Of a stretch of 32,000 bases of DNA, positions 6,997-17,249 are shown piece after piece. The number at the start of each line of letters is the position of its first letter. Position 1 is the first letter of the stretch. The position numbers were made by a program, and so were the translations under genes. Source of the DNA: Psychrobacter sp. DM4 (lineage in GTDB: Bacteria; Pseudomonadota; Gammaproteobacteria; Pseudomonadales; Moraxellaceae); assembly GCF_051307035.1 (NCBI RefSeq), contig NZ_CP195536.1, positions 1,830,001-1,862,000 of the forward strand, written 5' to 3'. The notes under the pieces were generated by a model, which had not been told where the DNA came from, made no database searches, and worked only from the letters and a program-made list of their open reading frames with translations.

Positions 6997-8670
6997 ATGA
7001 GAATAACTATGGATAATATGCTATATATCGTTGCAGGATTGGTGCTTGTCTTATTAATCGCTATTTTGGTACTACGCCGAAACAAAGCCGAGCGACCCGC
7101 GCCATCACAGGGACGTATAAACAAAGACTTCAAGAGACCCTCGCCCCTGTCCGCAGATCGTATGCAGCAGCCTTCAGTCAATAGTGCGACCAAATTTGAC
7201 GATATTACTATTGCTCAGCGCTTTGTTGATCAGCAGCGTTACGACAAAGCTGTTGAAGCTATAGAGCGCGGTTTGATGCGTAAGCCTCACGATGAACAAC
7301 TATCTCTTAAACTGCTCAGCATTTACGCAACTACCAATGAGCTTGGTGGGTTTAATCGTGTCTACGATGATATCGTACAATACAACAGCCATGTAAAGCC
7401 TCAAGCGGACGAGCTAAAAGCATCGCTCATGCAAGATCAAACAGCCTTAAATCCAGCATCTACTACTAGTTTTAACGATACGAGCCTCGAAACCGATTCC
7501 TTTGACTTTCAAAGCACGACTACTAATGATCTAAACACTGACAGCTTTATAGTGTCTCAAGATAATGACTCATCTGATATCAATGATGTAAGCAAACCGT
7601 CTGATTCGTTTGCCGACATGAGCTTAGATGCTATTGATGATAGTGATTTGATTTCTAATGACCACACTGGTACTGGTAACGAGAGCAACGATATCTTTGA
7701 GTTAACGCTTGATGATTTGGATAGCAGTGATTTTGACACTAGCGTTGACCCTGATGTCAGCAGCAGTAATACACAGCCTATTGATGAGTCAAACGATTTA
7801 GATCTAGACCCACTGAGCTTGGATTTAGACCTAGATACTAGCTTTGACTTTAGCGAGAATTTTGAATTAAGTGAAAATGCACCTGCAGATTCTCTCACCA
7901 GTAAATTGATCAATAATGCGTCTGTATCAAAAGCAGATAGCGATGATGATATGCTTTTTGACTTTGATCTACAGATGGATGGTGAGTCAGACTTATCGGC
8001 TGATACTTCTATGGAGGATGCTACGTTTAATGAGTCGACTTCAGACAACAATGGCAGTATTGATGATGACAGCACTAATACTGATGATATCGTTGAGGAC
8101 GAGTTTGTCTTAGACTTTTCAGACTTAGAGAGCCATGCGGATGCCGATCGTACTGTAGACACCTACCTTCCAAACGATAGAGAGATGTTGTCTTTAGGTG
8201 ACAACGATACCCTAAAGACAGCCTATGACGTTGAAAACTCCTCTATCTTAGATAATCAAGTACAGGACACGCAAGTTCAAGAGACTTGGACTCAAGACAG
8301 TGCACCAGTTGTCGTTGAAGATGATACTAGCTCTTCGGTCGATGCGCCTTTATTGTTCGATGACCATACGCCTATCGCTGATGACTTCGATGAAACTCTA
8401 CTGACGCCTGCGGCACTAGCTCCTGTTCAAGTCGTAGACGATACGAGTATTGATAGTACTGAACCGACCGCGGATCTAATGTCGCGTTTTGCAGCCGACT
8501 TTGATTTTGTCAAAACGTTAGATACCAATCAAGTTACTCTAGATTTGGCAGCACAATATGTGAGATTAGGGGAATACGACAGTGCCAAGCGCCTATTGAA
8601 TGAAGTGGTCGCTCAAGGCAACAGTGACCAGCAGAGTCAGGCGCAAATGATGCTGGAGCGCACTGCTTAA
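6997..8670 (+). CDS. fimV: FimV-like protein, membrane anchor plus cytoplasmic part (TM helix, TPR-like segment, hyper-acidic D/E/S-rich region, FimV C-terminal motif)
   Basis: ORF track. The TM segment is LYIVAGLVLVLLIAILVL. The C-terminal LDLAAQYVRLGEYDSAKRLLNEVVAQGNSDQQSQAQMML resembles the conserved FimV C-terminal domain. ATG 7009 is an alternative start. Confidence 0.7.
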   Translation: MRITMDNMLYIVAGLVLVLLIAILVLRRNKAERPAPSQGRINKDFKRPSPLSADRMQQPSVNSATKFDDITIAQRFVDQQRYDKAVEAIERGLMRKPHDEQLSLKLLSIYATTNELGGFNRVYDDIVQYNSHVKPQADELKASLMQDQTALNPASTTSFNDTSLETDSFDFQSTTTNDLNTDSFIVSQDNDSSDINDVSKPSDSFADMSLDAIDDSDLISNDHTGTGNESNDIFELTLDDLDSSDFDTSVDPDVSSSNTQPIDESNDLDLDPLSLDLDLDTSFDFSENFELSENAPADSLTSKLINNASVSKADSDDDMLFDFDLQMDGESDLSADTSMEDATFNESTSDNNGSIDDDSTNTDDIVEDEFVLDFSDLESHADADRTVDTYLPNDREMLSLGDNDTLKTAYDVENSSILDNQVQDTQVQETWTQDSAPVVVEDDTSSSVDAPLLFDDHTPIADDFDETLLTPAALAPVQVVDDTSIDSTEPTADLMSRFAADFDFVKTLDTNQVTLDLAAQYVRLGEYDSAKRLLNEVVAQGNSDQQSQAQMMLERTA

Positions 8671-8893
8671 TAAGATCATCATAGCTTTTTTATTTAAGCA
8701 TATTTTTGATTGACTCGTTAAGTATGACGCGAATCAATCAAGAATGCGCTCTAAATATAGGTTGCTTTATATACCCTCTATTCGATTTCACCTGCGTTTA
8801 TAATACTTGCTCATGTCATACACACCTGTGTGCTACATCTCTAAATAAAATACCCTCTCATACTGTTCTTTTACTATTGTGTCCTCTAATACT

Positions 8894-9988
8894 ATGCACT
8901 CAAAATCTATAAAAAATTCTGATACGCTACAGCTCATCTACGCTGGAGGCACTTTTGGTAGTTATGGTCGTCCGTTAGCACCCCTAAATGCCAAAGACTT
9001 TTTGCCTATCGTACAATCTCATTTGATAGAACATAGCCATACTCTAAACTTGCCAGCGGTAGCCTGGCTTGGCAACACACTAATCAAAGACAGTAGCCAA
9101 CTCACTCCTAATGATTTTGTTCATTTTTATACTTTGGTACTAGACGCTTACAACAAAGGATGTCGCCGCTTTGTACTGATTACAGGAACAGATACTTTAA
9201 GTTACTTGGGCGCTTTTTTGTCAGAGGCGTTCGCTGGCAGTGATTTATGCTTGGTCGTTACGGGCAGTATGCGACCCCTATTAGATGCTGAAGTATTACA
9301 GGACTACATCGTCGATAGTAATGGCGATGCTTGGGATAATTTGATTGCCTCCATCAAGCTTGCTAGCGCAGGCGAGTCTGGTGTCAAAATCAGCTTTGGC
9401 GGTGAGTCGTGGCCGGCGCAAACGGTACAGAAAATCCATAGCCATGATTTTATGGCATTTACTGGACATTCAAGAGCCGCTTATCCTGCCAATAGCTATA
9501 TAAAACTCCTAGCAGATACTCGTCGCCAGCATTGGCTTGATGATCAATATACGCTATTATCTGACGTTAAAAGAAATGCTGAACAAGCTTATATCCATGC
9601 GCTCTACTGTCTACCTAATCATCCTGATATGTTAAGCGTACAACTACAAGCACTGGCCGATCATCCCCCTTGCGGTATTATAGTACTGGGATTTGGGGCA
9701 GGTAATGTACCCCATTCACCAGCACTTGCCAAAGCTTTAGAGGACGCGTATGAGCAAGGTCATATGGTGATTTGTGCCAGTCAATGTCCTTTTGGCGGCG
9801 TTAGTGATAGTTATGCTGCTGGCAGTTGGCAATATGATCATCATGTCATTGCGGGAGGACGTTTGACTATTCCGGCTATCTACGCGCGGCTATTATGGCT
9901 ATTACTACGCTACCCGACTCCTGCGCGAAGACGACAGCGCTGGACGAATAACGTGAGCCAAACGGCGACGACGATTAGAAAACGCTAG
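8894..9988 (+). CDS. L-asparaginase family (type I-like) protein
   Basis: The ORF track gives 8879..9988 from a GTG, and I prefer ATG 8894. LIYAGGTFGS (nucleophile Thr motif) and ITGTDTLSY (second Thr motif) are present. It has an unusual basic C-terminal tail, PARRRQRW...TIRKR. Confidence 0.7.
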   Translation: MHSKSIKNSDTLQLIYAGGTFGSYGRPLAPLNAKDFLPIVQSHLIEHSHTLNLPAVAWLGNTLIKDSSQLTPNDFVHFYTLVLDAYNKGCRRFVLITGTDTLSYLGAFLSEAFAGSDLCLVVTGSMRPLLDAEVLQDYIVDSNGDAWDNLIASIKLASAGESGVKISFGGESWPAQTVQKIHSHDFMAFTGHSRAAYPANSYIKLLADTRRQHWLDDQYTLLSDVKRNAEQAYIHALYCLPNHPDMLSVQLQALADHPPCGIIVLGFGAGNVPHSPALAKALEDAYEQGHMVICASQCPFGGVSDSYAAGSWQYDHHVIAGGRLTIPAIYARLLWLLLRYPTPARRRQRWTNNVSQTATTIRKR

Positions 9989-10042
9989 ACACTACTTCAC
10001 TTATACAGACGTTTTACACCCCATCTTATATATGATCTTTTT

Positions 10043-10876
10043 ATGACTGAATACGCAAAATATCATGATAAACCGACTTATACGCTAGCGATCGCTATTG
10101 AGTTTTTAGGCACTCATTATTACGGCTGGCAACGACAAAAAGAGGTACTTGGGGTTCAAGAAGTCCTAGAGCAAGCGATCAGCAAAGTCGCTAATGAGCC
10201 TGTGGATGTTGTCGCTGCTGGTCGTACTGACTCGAGCGTTCATGCTGGTAATATGATTGCTCATTTTGTCACGCATGCTCATAGACCTGCGCGCAACTGG
10301 CTACGCGGGGTCAATAGCCTATTACCCAATGATATCGCGCTACGCTGGATTCAGCCTATGCCTGCTGATTTTCATGCTCGTTTTAAAGCCATTGCTCGCC
10401 GATATCGCTACATTACTTTGAACCAGCCTCAGCGTCCTGCTATCTTAAATCGTCAGGTTACTCATATTTATGAGCCTCTTGATCTAAGCGCTATGCAAAC
10501 AGCGGCAGCTGACATCGTAGGGACGCATGACTTTAGTAGTTATCGCGCGGCAGCCTGTCAGTCCAACCAGCCTGTACGTACGATTGCTCATGCCAAACTT
10601 TTCGCTCATGGATCGTTTATCGTTTTTGATATTCAGGCAGACGGGTTTTTGCATCATATGGTACGCAACCTAATGGGTACGCTGTACGCTATCGGTAGAC
10701 AGGAGTTACAGCCTACTGATTTTTTGAATATACTAGCCAAAAAGGATCGTAAGATTGCTCCGCCTACCGCCTCAGGTGACGGCTTATACTTTGTTAATGC
10801 TTATTACCCTGAGCGCTATCAACACCTAATCCCCAATGCGCCTTTAACTCCCGTTTGGTTGAACTTGCCAGATTGA
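10043..10876 (+). CDS. truA: tRNA pseudouridine(38-40) synthase
   Basis: ORF track. The AAGRTDSSVHA catalytic Asp motif and RYRY motif are present. The length is typical. Confidence 0.92.
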   Translation: MTEYAKYHDKPTYTLAIAIEFLGTHYYGWQRQKEVLGVQEVLEQAISKVANEPVDVVAAGRTDSSVHAGNMIAHFVTHAHRPARNWLRGVNSLLPNDIALRWIQPMPADFHARFKAIARRYRYITLNQPQRPAILNRQVTHIYEPLDLSAMQTAAADIVGTHDFSSYRAAACQSNQPVRTIAHAKLFAHGSFIVFDIQADGFLHHMVRNLMGTLYAIGRQELQPTDFLNILAKKDRKIAPPTASGDGLYFVNAYYPERYQHLIPNAPLTPVWLNLPD

Positions 10877-10936
10877 AGTACGATCAGCTGGCATACATAT
10901 CAGTTACACACTGTCAAGCAAAAACTGAGTTCGCCA

Positions 10937-10965
10937 TTGCGCTAGTCTCTAAACTTGCGTATAAT
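10937..10965 (+). promoter_or_regulatory. candidate sigma70 promoter for infA
   Basis: TTGCGC (10937-10942), a 17-nt spacer and TATAAT (10960-10965). Confidence 0.5.
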
Positions 10966-10996
10966 ATCCGCTTATTTTTGAGTGATTGATACCAAT

Positions 10997-11218
10997 ATGG
11001 CAAAAGACGAAATTATTGAATTTGAAGGCGAAGTCATTGACACCCTTCCGAACACCTTGTTTAAAGTTCGTTTAGAAAACGGACATGAGATCATCGCGCA
11101 TATCTCAGGTAAGATGCGCAAACATTACATTCGTATTTTAACGGGTGACAAAGTCAAGGTTGAAATGACGCCTTATGACTTGTCAAAAGGTCGCATCACC
11201 TATCGTGGTAAGAACTAG
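10997..11218 (+). CDS. infA: translation initiation factor IF-1
   Basis: The ORF track gives 10982..11218, which I refine to ATG 10997. [42 protein letters not shown]... is near-identical in style to bacterial IF-1 (73 aa). Confidence 0.95.
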   Translation: MAKDEIIEFEGEVIDTLPNTLFKVRLENGHEIIAHISGKMRKHYIRILTGDKVKVEMTPYDLSKGRITYRGKN

Positions 11219-11361
11219 TTTTAAGTATTATTTATTCAGTGCGATTCGTGGCTCTTTCTCGCTTGAGTCGATGTTAGTTTTAGATACTTTTAATGAAAGC
11301 CGTTTCGTTGTCTAAAATATCATTAAATGACAGACCTAGCAGTTAAGCCAACGATCGTACC

Positions 11362-11400
11362 GCATAAAAATACCGCTAATAGATAGCGGTATTTTTATGC
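11362..11400. terminator. bidirectional intrinsic terminator between convergent infA and the L,D-transpeptidase gene
   Basis: The 17-bp arms GCATAAAAATACCGCTA and TAGCGGTATTTTTATGC flank a 5-nt loop. The GC core is flanked by A and T runs on both strands. Confidence 0.8.
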
Positions 11401-11428
11401 CTGGAACTCTATGCTTGGAACTTGGTCT

Positions 11429-12520
11429 TTATTTGAACTCTACTGTCGCATCGTTCTTTATCGTGCCTAGTAGTGCCAACGCATCCCAGTTAGTTAATCG
11501 TACGCACCCTGATGACGCTTGACGACTGATACGCGCAGGATCTGGTGAACCATGAATACCATATGAAGGTTTACTCAGTCCAATCCAAACAATACCGACT
11601 GGATTGTTAGGTCCTGGTGGAATGATCAGCTGACTGTCATCGTCTGCGCTATAGGTGTAATTAGGCTTATGTACTTTTACCTCGACCGTATGTGTCCCTG
11701 AAGGAGACGGCTTCGTACTGCTTCCTACTGTAGTCGGATAGCTGGCAATTAAATTGTCCTTGTCATCGTAGGCATACAAAGTCTGGGTAGTCTTGTCAGC
11801 CACGACTCGGCTTACTGCTTTGGTATTGGGATTGCCTGGATTGTAGACCGTAATCGTTTCACCTGCGCGAAAAGTAGCATTAGGATTTAACGACTTTAAA
11901 TATTTCTCATTGATATGAAACTTCTCTGCTAGCGCCTCGGTCACACTCTCATAGTACATACCTTTCAGCTCAGATTTTCCTTCGGCACTGGCAGGAATGT
12001 TCGTCGTTTTGACATTCACATCATCATCACTTAGCGTGTAGTTTACCAGTATAGGCTGACGCGTTAACCGCTCACTGGCTCTAAGCGCTTGCCAAGTCTC
12101 ATCGTTTAAACTATCGGTAACTTTTAACCCTTTAGCTTTCTGAAACGCTTGCATCGCTTTTCGCGTGTTTTTACCCCAGTAACCATCTACTGGACCTACG
12201 CCGTGCTGATGCCAATTAAGTAGCGCCTGAAGCTTAGTACCTGTAGTGCGATCTATCTTCTGCCCGGCTGACCATTTTGCATCATTGACTTGTTTTGCGC
12301 TCTTGGGTAGATTCTTAGTCGTATACTTGATGGTCGGCAGCAGATCGTTGAGTGAATTGGCAATTTTGCTATCGCCATTTAGTTGCTGACTGACGCCATT
12401 AGTAACAGGACTTGCATCCTTGTTAGTGCCAGTTGTCGCCGCATTACTTGGACCCACAAGCATAACACTGGATAATCCTACTATGGTCATCGCTGTGCAA
12501 ATTTTCTTTAACTGATACAT
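11429..12520 (-). CDS. L,D-transpeptidase (YkuD domain) with an N-terminal signal peptide and a PG_binding_1-like domain
   Basis: ORF track. The active-site region is GIHGSPDPARISRQASSGCVRL. The peptidoglycan-binding repeat is VDGYWGKNTRKAMQAFQKAKGL. Confidence 0.85.
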   Translation of the reverse strand: MYQLKKICTAMTIVGLSSVMLVGPSNAATTGTNKDASPVTNGVSQQLNGDSKIANSLNDLLPTIKYTTKNLPKSAKQVNDAKWSAGQKIDRTTGTKLQALLNWHQHGVGPVDGYWGKNTRKAMQAFQKAKGLKVTDSLNDETWQALRASERLTRQPILVNYTLSDDDVNVKTTNIPASAEGKSELKGMYYESVTEALAEKFHINEKYLKSLNPNATFRAGETITVYNPGNPNTKAVSRVVADKTTQTLYAYDDKDNLIASYPTTVGSSTKPSPSGTHTVEVKVHKPNYTYSADDDSQLIIPPGPNNPVGIVWIGLSKPSYGIHGSPDPARISRQASSGCVRLTNWDALALLGTIKNDATVEFK

Positions 12521-12692
12521 ATCTCATTCCTAAAATAATTAACTATAATGTTGTCGTAATAGTTCTTATGTTTTTACCGTTGTAGATAATGTCACAGTAC
12601 TAAAAAGTTATATAACAGCTTTGTGTTAATAAGCTGAGTCTCTTATATCACCTTTGTTAAATGGTTTTAATAATAAGAGTCATAACTATGTT

Positions 12693-12731
12693 TAAAAAAA
12701 AGCCCACAAACCATCAAATGATTTATGGGCT
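12693..12731 (-). terminator. intrinsic terminator of leuB
   Basis: The minus strand reads AGCCCATAAA, an 11-nt loop and TTTGTGGGCT (10 bp, one G-U), followed by T8. Confidence 0.8.
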
Positions 12732-12766
12732 TGCTCGTCCATATTCTACGACTTTAAATATTGAGA

Positions 12767-13870
12767 CTATTTGAGCTTAGCTAATACAGCCTGACCCATC
12801 TGTGCACAACCGACGGAGATAAGACCTTTTTCCTCTTTGTCCAAGATATCAACAGTACGCAGACCGTCATCGAGTACGTCGCTTACCGCATTTTCGATCG
12901 CTTGCGCTGCAGATTCTTGCTTAAAGGTATAACGCAGCATCATAGCGACGGACAAAATAGTCGCTAGAGGATTGGCTTTGTCCTGTCCTGCGATATCTGG
13001 CGCTGAGCCATGGCAAGGCTCGTACATACCCTTTCCTGCCTCATCTAAGCTCGCTGAAGGTAGCATACCGATAGAGCCTGTAAGCATTGCCGCCTCATCC
13101 GACAAGATATCACCGAACATATTACCGGTCACCATGACATCGAACTGCTTAGGGTCTTTGATAAGTTGCATACAAGCATTATCAGCGTACATATGGGACA
13201 AAGCGACGTCGGTATACTCTGTCTCTTGCATCTGAGTAATGGTCTGCTTCCACAGCTCAGTGACTTCTAGTACATTAGCTTTATCAATTGAGCATATCTT
13301 GGCAGGTTTGCCAGAGCTTTGTGCGCGAGTTTTGGCCAGCTCAAAAGCGACCTTGCCAATACGCTGAATCTCACTAGTCTTGTAGACCATCGTATTATAG
13401 CCTTGCTGCTCACCATTCTCTAATGTACGAATACCGCGCGGCTCACCGAAATAAATGCCGCCTGTCAGTTCACGTACGATGAGCAAATCAAGGCCTGATA
13501 TGATTTCAGGCTTAATGCTCGAGGCATTAGCCAGCTGCGGATAGAGCTTCGCCACGCGCAAGTTGGCAAATAGACCAAGCTCACTGCGTATTTTGAGTAA
13601 TCCGCGCTCAGGGCGTTTGCTACGCTCGATACTGTCCCATTTAGGGCCACCGACTGCGCCAAGTAATACCGCATCTGCTGCGCGAGCACGCTCAAGCGTC
13701 TCCTCTGGCAAGGGTTCACCAGTAGCATCAAAAGCCACACCACCGATCAAACCTGACTCCACTGTCAGACCTAATGAAAACTTATCATTAACAGCCTGTA
13801 ATACTTCAACGGCCTGCGTCATAATCTCAGGACCAATACCATCGCCTGCCAATGTTAAAATTGTTGCCAT
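12767..13870 (-). CDS. leuB: 3-isopropylmalate dehydrogenase
   Basis: The ORF track gives 12767..13924. I refine the start to ATG 13870, with AAGGA upstream, so that [17 protein letters not shown] aligns with the LeuB N-terminus. The internal [11 protein letters not shown] motif is present. Confidence 0.93.
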   Translation of the reverse strand: MATILTLAGDGIGPEIMTQAVEVLQAVNDKFSLGLTVESGLIGGVAFDATGEPLPEETLERARAADAVLLGAVGGPKWDSIERSKRPERGLLKIRSELGLFANLRVAKLYPQLANASSIKPEIISGLDLLIVRELTGGIYFGEPRGIRTLENGEQQGYNTMVYKTSEIQRIGKVAFELAKTRAQSSGKPAKICSIDKANVLEVTELWKQTITQMQETEYTDVALSHMYADNACMQLIKDPKQFDVMVTGNMFGDILSDEAAMLTGSIGMLPSASLDEAGKGMYEPCHGSAPDIAGQDKANPLATILSVAMMLRYTFKQESAAQAIENAVSDVLDDGLRTVDILDKEEKGLISVGCAQMGQAVLAKLK

Positions 13871-13936
13871 ATAAATCCTTGTTATTTTTTGATAAGTAAC
13901 GGGTTGCTTTGGTACTTGACTCATAAAACTGACATA

Positions 13937-14638
13937 CTAGAGCGTCTCTAGCGCATTACTTTCCACAAATTCGCCTTGACGCGCGCTATCTGCCTGCTTG
14001 CAAAAGCGGCGTTGCAAGCGACTATTAAAGGTGAGATCCACACATAAGGGACTTGGCGGTGCATTTTCTAACAAACTACCTTTAGTCGTGTTTAGCTTTT
14101 TGCGATAAGCCCGTAGCTCATAACTGCCTGACTGTGTAAACTCATGAATCACCGCAAAACGCTCAATATAACCTATGTTATTCTCAGGATAAAAATTAAC
14201 CTGAACCTCATGCTTACCCGGTTTTATACGTAAATAATAATTGGTCAAGCCTTCGATATTAGATACTGATAGCGGTACTATCTTGATAGCAGTTTTACTT
14301 GCCAAAGGCGTAATGTCAGGTTCTATAGTAGTCTGAATGCGGTTGCTAAACGGTTTTTTAGTGTCAGTATCGACGCTACGCATAGCCGTCAACATAGTAG
14401 GATCGATAGGTTCGTGGCTATCGGCTGAGACAATAGGCGTTTTGTCTATTTGTACTATTTCACAGTGGTAAGTGCCCTTACACGCGATATTGATCTCGCC
14501 TGCAACAGGTTCAAGTGTTTGTGCTGAGGAGCGGATGTCATCAGCGTCATCAATCTGGTTATAACCTGTCAGAGCTTGACACCCTGACAGGGCTAAACTT
14601 GTACATACAGTCAAACCAATCAAACGTTTATTATTCAT
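13937..14638 (-). CDS. hypothetical lipoprotein embedded in the leu cluster
   Basis: ORF track. The signal peptide has the lipobox LALSGC (Cys20). I recognise no catalytic motif. Confidence 0.65.
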   Translation of the reverse strand: MNNKRLIGLTVCTSLALSGCQALTGYNQIDDADDIRSSAQTLEPVAGEINIACKGTYHCEIVQIDKTPIVSADSHEPIDPTMLTAMRSVDTDTKKPFSNRIQTTIEPDITPLASKTAIKIVPLSVSNIEGLTNYYLRIKPGKHEVQVNFYPENNIGYIERFAVIHEFTQSGSYELRAYRKKLNTTKGSLLENAPPSPLCVDLTFNSRLQRRFCKQADSARQGEFVESNALETL

Positions 14639-14787
14639 AACGACGGCTACTATTAGTCATATAAGTGAAACGAAGGTCATCCATTCTAGCTATTTCATAA
14701 CCATAACTCAATACCATATTCATATTTACTCATATACACCAATTAGTAAAGAACGACCTAGGCTAGGCTCTAAAGGTGTCGTCGCTT

Positions 14788-15450
14788 TTAGGCACGCACT
14801 TGGTTAAATATCCAAGGCGTTTTTTGCATCATTTGCTGCTCATACTCCTTGATGTCGTCCGTTTTTTGCAAGGTCAATCCAATATCGTCAAGACCATTCA
14901 GTAAACAGTGCTTTCGAAATTCGTCGACTTCAAAGGCATACTCCTCACCCGTAGGCATTATGACTACCTGACGTTCAAGATCAGCGGTCAATTGATAGCC
15001 TTCGTTAGCAGTGACTGCTTTCATCAATTTATCAACAATCTCTTCGTCCAAAACAATGGGCAGCATACCGTTTTTAAAACAATTATTATAAAAGATATCT
15101 GCAAAACTTGGCGCTATTACGGTGCGAAAACCATATTCAGAAAGAGCCCAAGGCGCATGTTCACGACTAGAGCCACAACCGAAGTTCCGACGAGCAAGGA
15201 GTATAGTTGCTCCATCATAACGAGGTTGGTTTAGGACAAAGTCTGGATTGATCGGACGGGCACTATTGTCCTGGCCGTCACCTAAAGAAGGCACGCCCTC
15301 ATCTAGATAGCGCCACTCATCAAAAAGATTAACGCCAAAACCTGTACGTTTTATAGATTTTAAAAACTGCTTGGGAATGATCTGGTCCGTATCGACGTTG
15401 GCACGATCGAGGGGACAGACGATACCGGTTTGAGTGTTATAAGCTTGCAT
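14788..15450 (-). CDS. leuD: 3-isopropylmalate dehydratase small subunit
   Basis: ORF track. [15 protein letters not shown] and the overall LeuD pattern are present. Confidence 0.93.
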   Translation of the reverse strand: MQAYNTQTGIVCPLDRANVDTDQIIPKQFLKSIKRTGFGVNLFDEWRYLDEGVPSLGDGQDNSARPINPDFVLNQPRYDGATILLARRNFGCGSSREHAPWALSEYGFRTVIAPSFADIFYNNCFKNGMLPIVLDEEIVDKLMKAVTANEGYQLTADLERQVVIMPTGEEYAFEVDEFRKHCLLNGLDDIGLTLQKTDDIKEYEQQMMQKTPWIFNQVRA

Positions 15451-15486
15451 AGTGATTCCTTAACATAACGGTTTGATACTTAAATA

Positions 15487-16905
15487 CTAAAACGTACGCA
15501 CATCTACGAAATGACCAGCTAAGGCAGCAGCAGCAGCCATCGCAGGACTGACTAGGTGCGTGCGCCCGCCTGTACCCTGACGTCCCTCAAAGTTACGATT
15601 GGACGTCGAGGCACAATGCTCTTCTGGCTCAAGCTTGTCCGCGTTCATCGCAAGACACATAGAACAGCCCGGCTCGCGCCACTCAAAACCAGCTTCTGTG
15701 AACAAAGCGTCCAAACCCTCAGACTCTGCCTGTAGTTTGACTTGACCTGAGCCTGCAACGACGATTGCCTCTTTTATCGTATTGGCAACCTTACGACCTT
15801 TGATAACCGCCGCAGCGTCACGCAAATCTTCAATACGCGAGTTGGTACAAGAGCCAATAAACACGCGATCAAGCTGAATGTCAGTAATCTTTTGACCCGC
15901 TTGCAAGCCCATATAGGTATAAGCTCGTAGCCACCCCTCTTCTTGAGCATCATCGATTGCTTGATCAGGCGTTGGGATAGACTGAGTAATATCAACCACC
16001 ATCTCAGGTGAGGTGCCCCAAGATACCTGCGGCGCTATCTGGCTACCGTCAAGCTCAATCACCGTATCAAACACTGCATCATCATCTGAGTACAAGGTGC
16101 GCCAGTAGCTCTCAGCCTGCGCCCACTGCAACTCATTTGGTGCATAAGGACGTCCTTTGACATAATCAATGGTCGTATCATCGACAGCCACCATACCGAC
16201 GCGTGCGCCCGCCTCAATCGCCATGTTACAGACCGTCATTCGGCCTTCCATACTCATGTCTTCAAACACTTGTCCTGCAAATTCGATAGCGTGACCTGTG
16301 CCGCCTGCCGTACCGATTTTGGCAATAATAGCCAGTACAACATCCTTTGACGTCACACCAACACCGAGCTTACCTGTGACACGAATTTGCATGTTTTTTG
16401 ATTTCTTTTGAATCAAGCATTGGGTTGCCAATACGTGTTCGACCTCTGAGGTACCAATGCCATGAGCCAAGCAACCAAGCGCGCCATGAGTCGCCGTATG
16501 CGAATCACCGCAAACGACCGTCATACCCGGCAAGACTAGGCCTTGCTCAGGACCGACCACATGCAAAATACCTTGACGCGCATCGTTGATGGTGAATTCC
16601 GCGATATCGAATTTGGCACAATTGTCATCTAAAGTAAGCACTTGCAAACGCGATACTTTGTCTTTGATACCTGCCACGCCCTCTAAACGCTCTTTACTGA
16701 CGGTAGGTACGTTATGATCGGGACTGGCAATGTTCGCAGACAAGCGCCAAGGCTTTCTATTAGCCAGATCCAAACCTTCGAAGGCTTGTGGGCTTGTAAC
16801 CTCGTGCAATAGATGGCGGTCAATATAGATAAGGCTTGAACCATCGTCACGTTTAGTGACTTCATGAGCGTTCCAAAGTTTGTCATATAAGGTTTGAGCG
16901 GCCAT
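15487..16905 (-). CDS. leuC: 3-isopropylmalate dehydratase large subunit
   Basis: ORF track. The aconitase-family Fe-S ligand regions VCGDSHT, GSCTNSR and CSMCLAMN are present. AAGGA lies upstream of the ATG. Confidence 0.95.
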   Translation of the reverse strand: MAAQTLYDKLWNAHEVTKRDDGSSLIYIDRHLLHEVTSPQAFEGLDLANRKPWRLSANIASPDHNVPTVSKERLEGVAGIKDKVSRLQVLTLDDNCAKFDIAEFTINDARQGILHVVGPEQGLVLPGMTVVCGDSHTATHGALGCLAHGIGTSEVEHVLATQCLIQKKSKNMQIRVTGKLGVGVTSKDVVLAIIAKIGTAGGTGHAIEFAGQVFEDMSMEGRMTVCNMAIEAGARVGMVAVDDTTIDYVKGRPYAPNELQWAQAESYWRTLYSDDDAVFDTVIELDGSQIAPQVSWGTSPEMVVDITQSIPTPDQAIDDAQEEGWLRAYTYMGLQAGQKITDIQLDRVFIGSCTNSRIEDLRDAAAVIKGRKVANTIKEAIVVAGSGQVKLQAESEGLDALFTEAGFEWREPGCSMCLAMNADKLEPEEHCASTSNRNFEGRQGTGGRTHLVSPAMAAAAALAGHFVDVRTF

Positions 16906-17114
16906 TTTGTTATCCTTCTTGGTTGCTAACTGCTAGTCGACCCAAGCGTAAAAGCTGAGTCAAAATACGGTATGTTTTTTATAAAATGAGTGGTTTATAT
17001 AAAGGGTTATGCGTGTACTTAGATAGAATCTCAATGCTCAATTAATGATACAAGAGTATATCGTTGCTTTGATATCACTTATGGTCTAAATGCCAAATAA
17101 AATGTCTTTGAGTC

Positions 17115-17148
17115 TTGTGATTATAGCAGTCTAATCCTATAATAATAA
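17115..17148. promoter_or_regulatory. palindrome carrying back-to-back -10 boxes for divergent leuC and the LysR gene; candidate LysR operator
   Basis: ATTATAG (17120-17126), a 10-nt spacer and CTATAAT (17137-17143). The plus strand has TTGTGA (17115-17120), 17 nt and TATAAT (17138-17143). The minus strand has TTATTA, 17 nt and TATAAT (17125..17120). Confidence 0.45.
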
Positions 17149-17249
17149 TTGATGATTTTTGCGTATACGAAAACTTTTTATTTACAATCAACAGCCTCTA
17201 TATGACCCAACTTTTATTTATAGCTCATTAAGTAGCTAAGGACATCGGT

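Noticed and set aside
7557-8162. 201-aa minus-strand ORF (S/K/L-rich) antisense to the FimV acidic region
   Set aside because: It is the mirror image of a D/E/S-rich low-complexity coding region. GAT/GAA/AGC repeats leave the antisense frames free of stops. It has no RBS and no independent signals.
8706-8912. 68-aa plus-strand ORF in the fimV/asparaginase intergenic region
   Set aside because: It is Cys/Leu-rich with odd composition and no SD. It runs into the asparaginase start region and likely overlies its promoter.
12972-13874. ORFs at 12972..13235, 13465..13743 and 13563..13874 overlapping leuB
   Set aside because: They are nested in or antisense to a highly conserved enzyme gene. Their composition is typical of spurious frames.
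14908-16886. ORFs antisense to or nested in leuD and leuC (14908..15234, 15774..15995, 16398..16589, 16683..16886)
   Set aside because: They lie inside confidently assigned genes and have no independent signals.
16906-17113. Leucine leader peptide or attenuator upstream of leuC
   Set aside because: The leader has no ATG-initiated small ORF. The only TTG-initiated 20-codon frame has scattered, not consecutive, Leu codons and no terminator hairpin.
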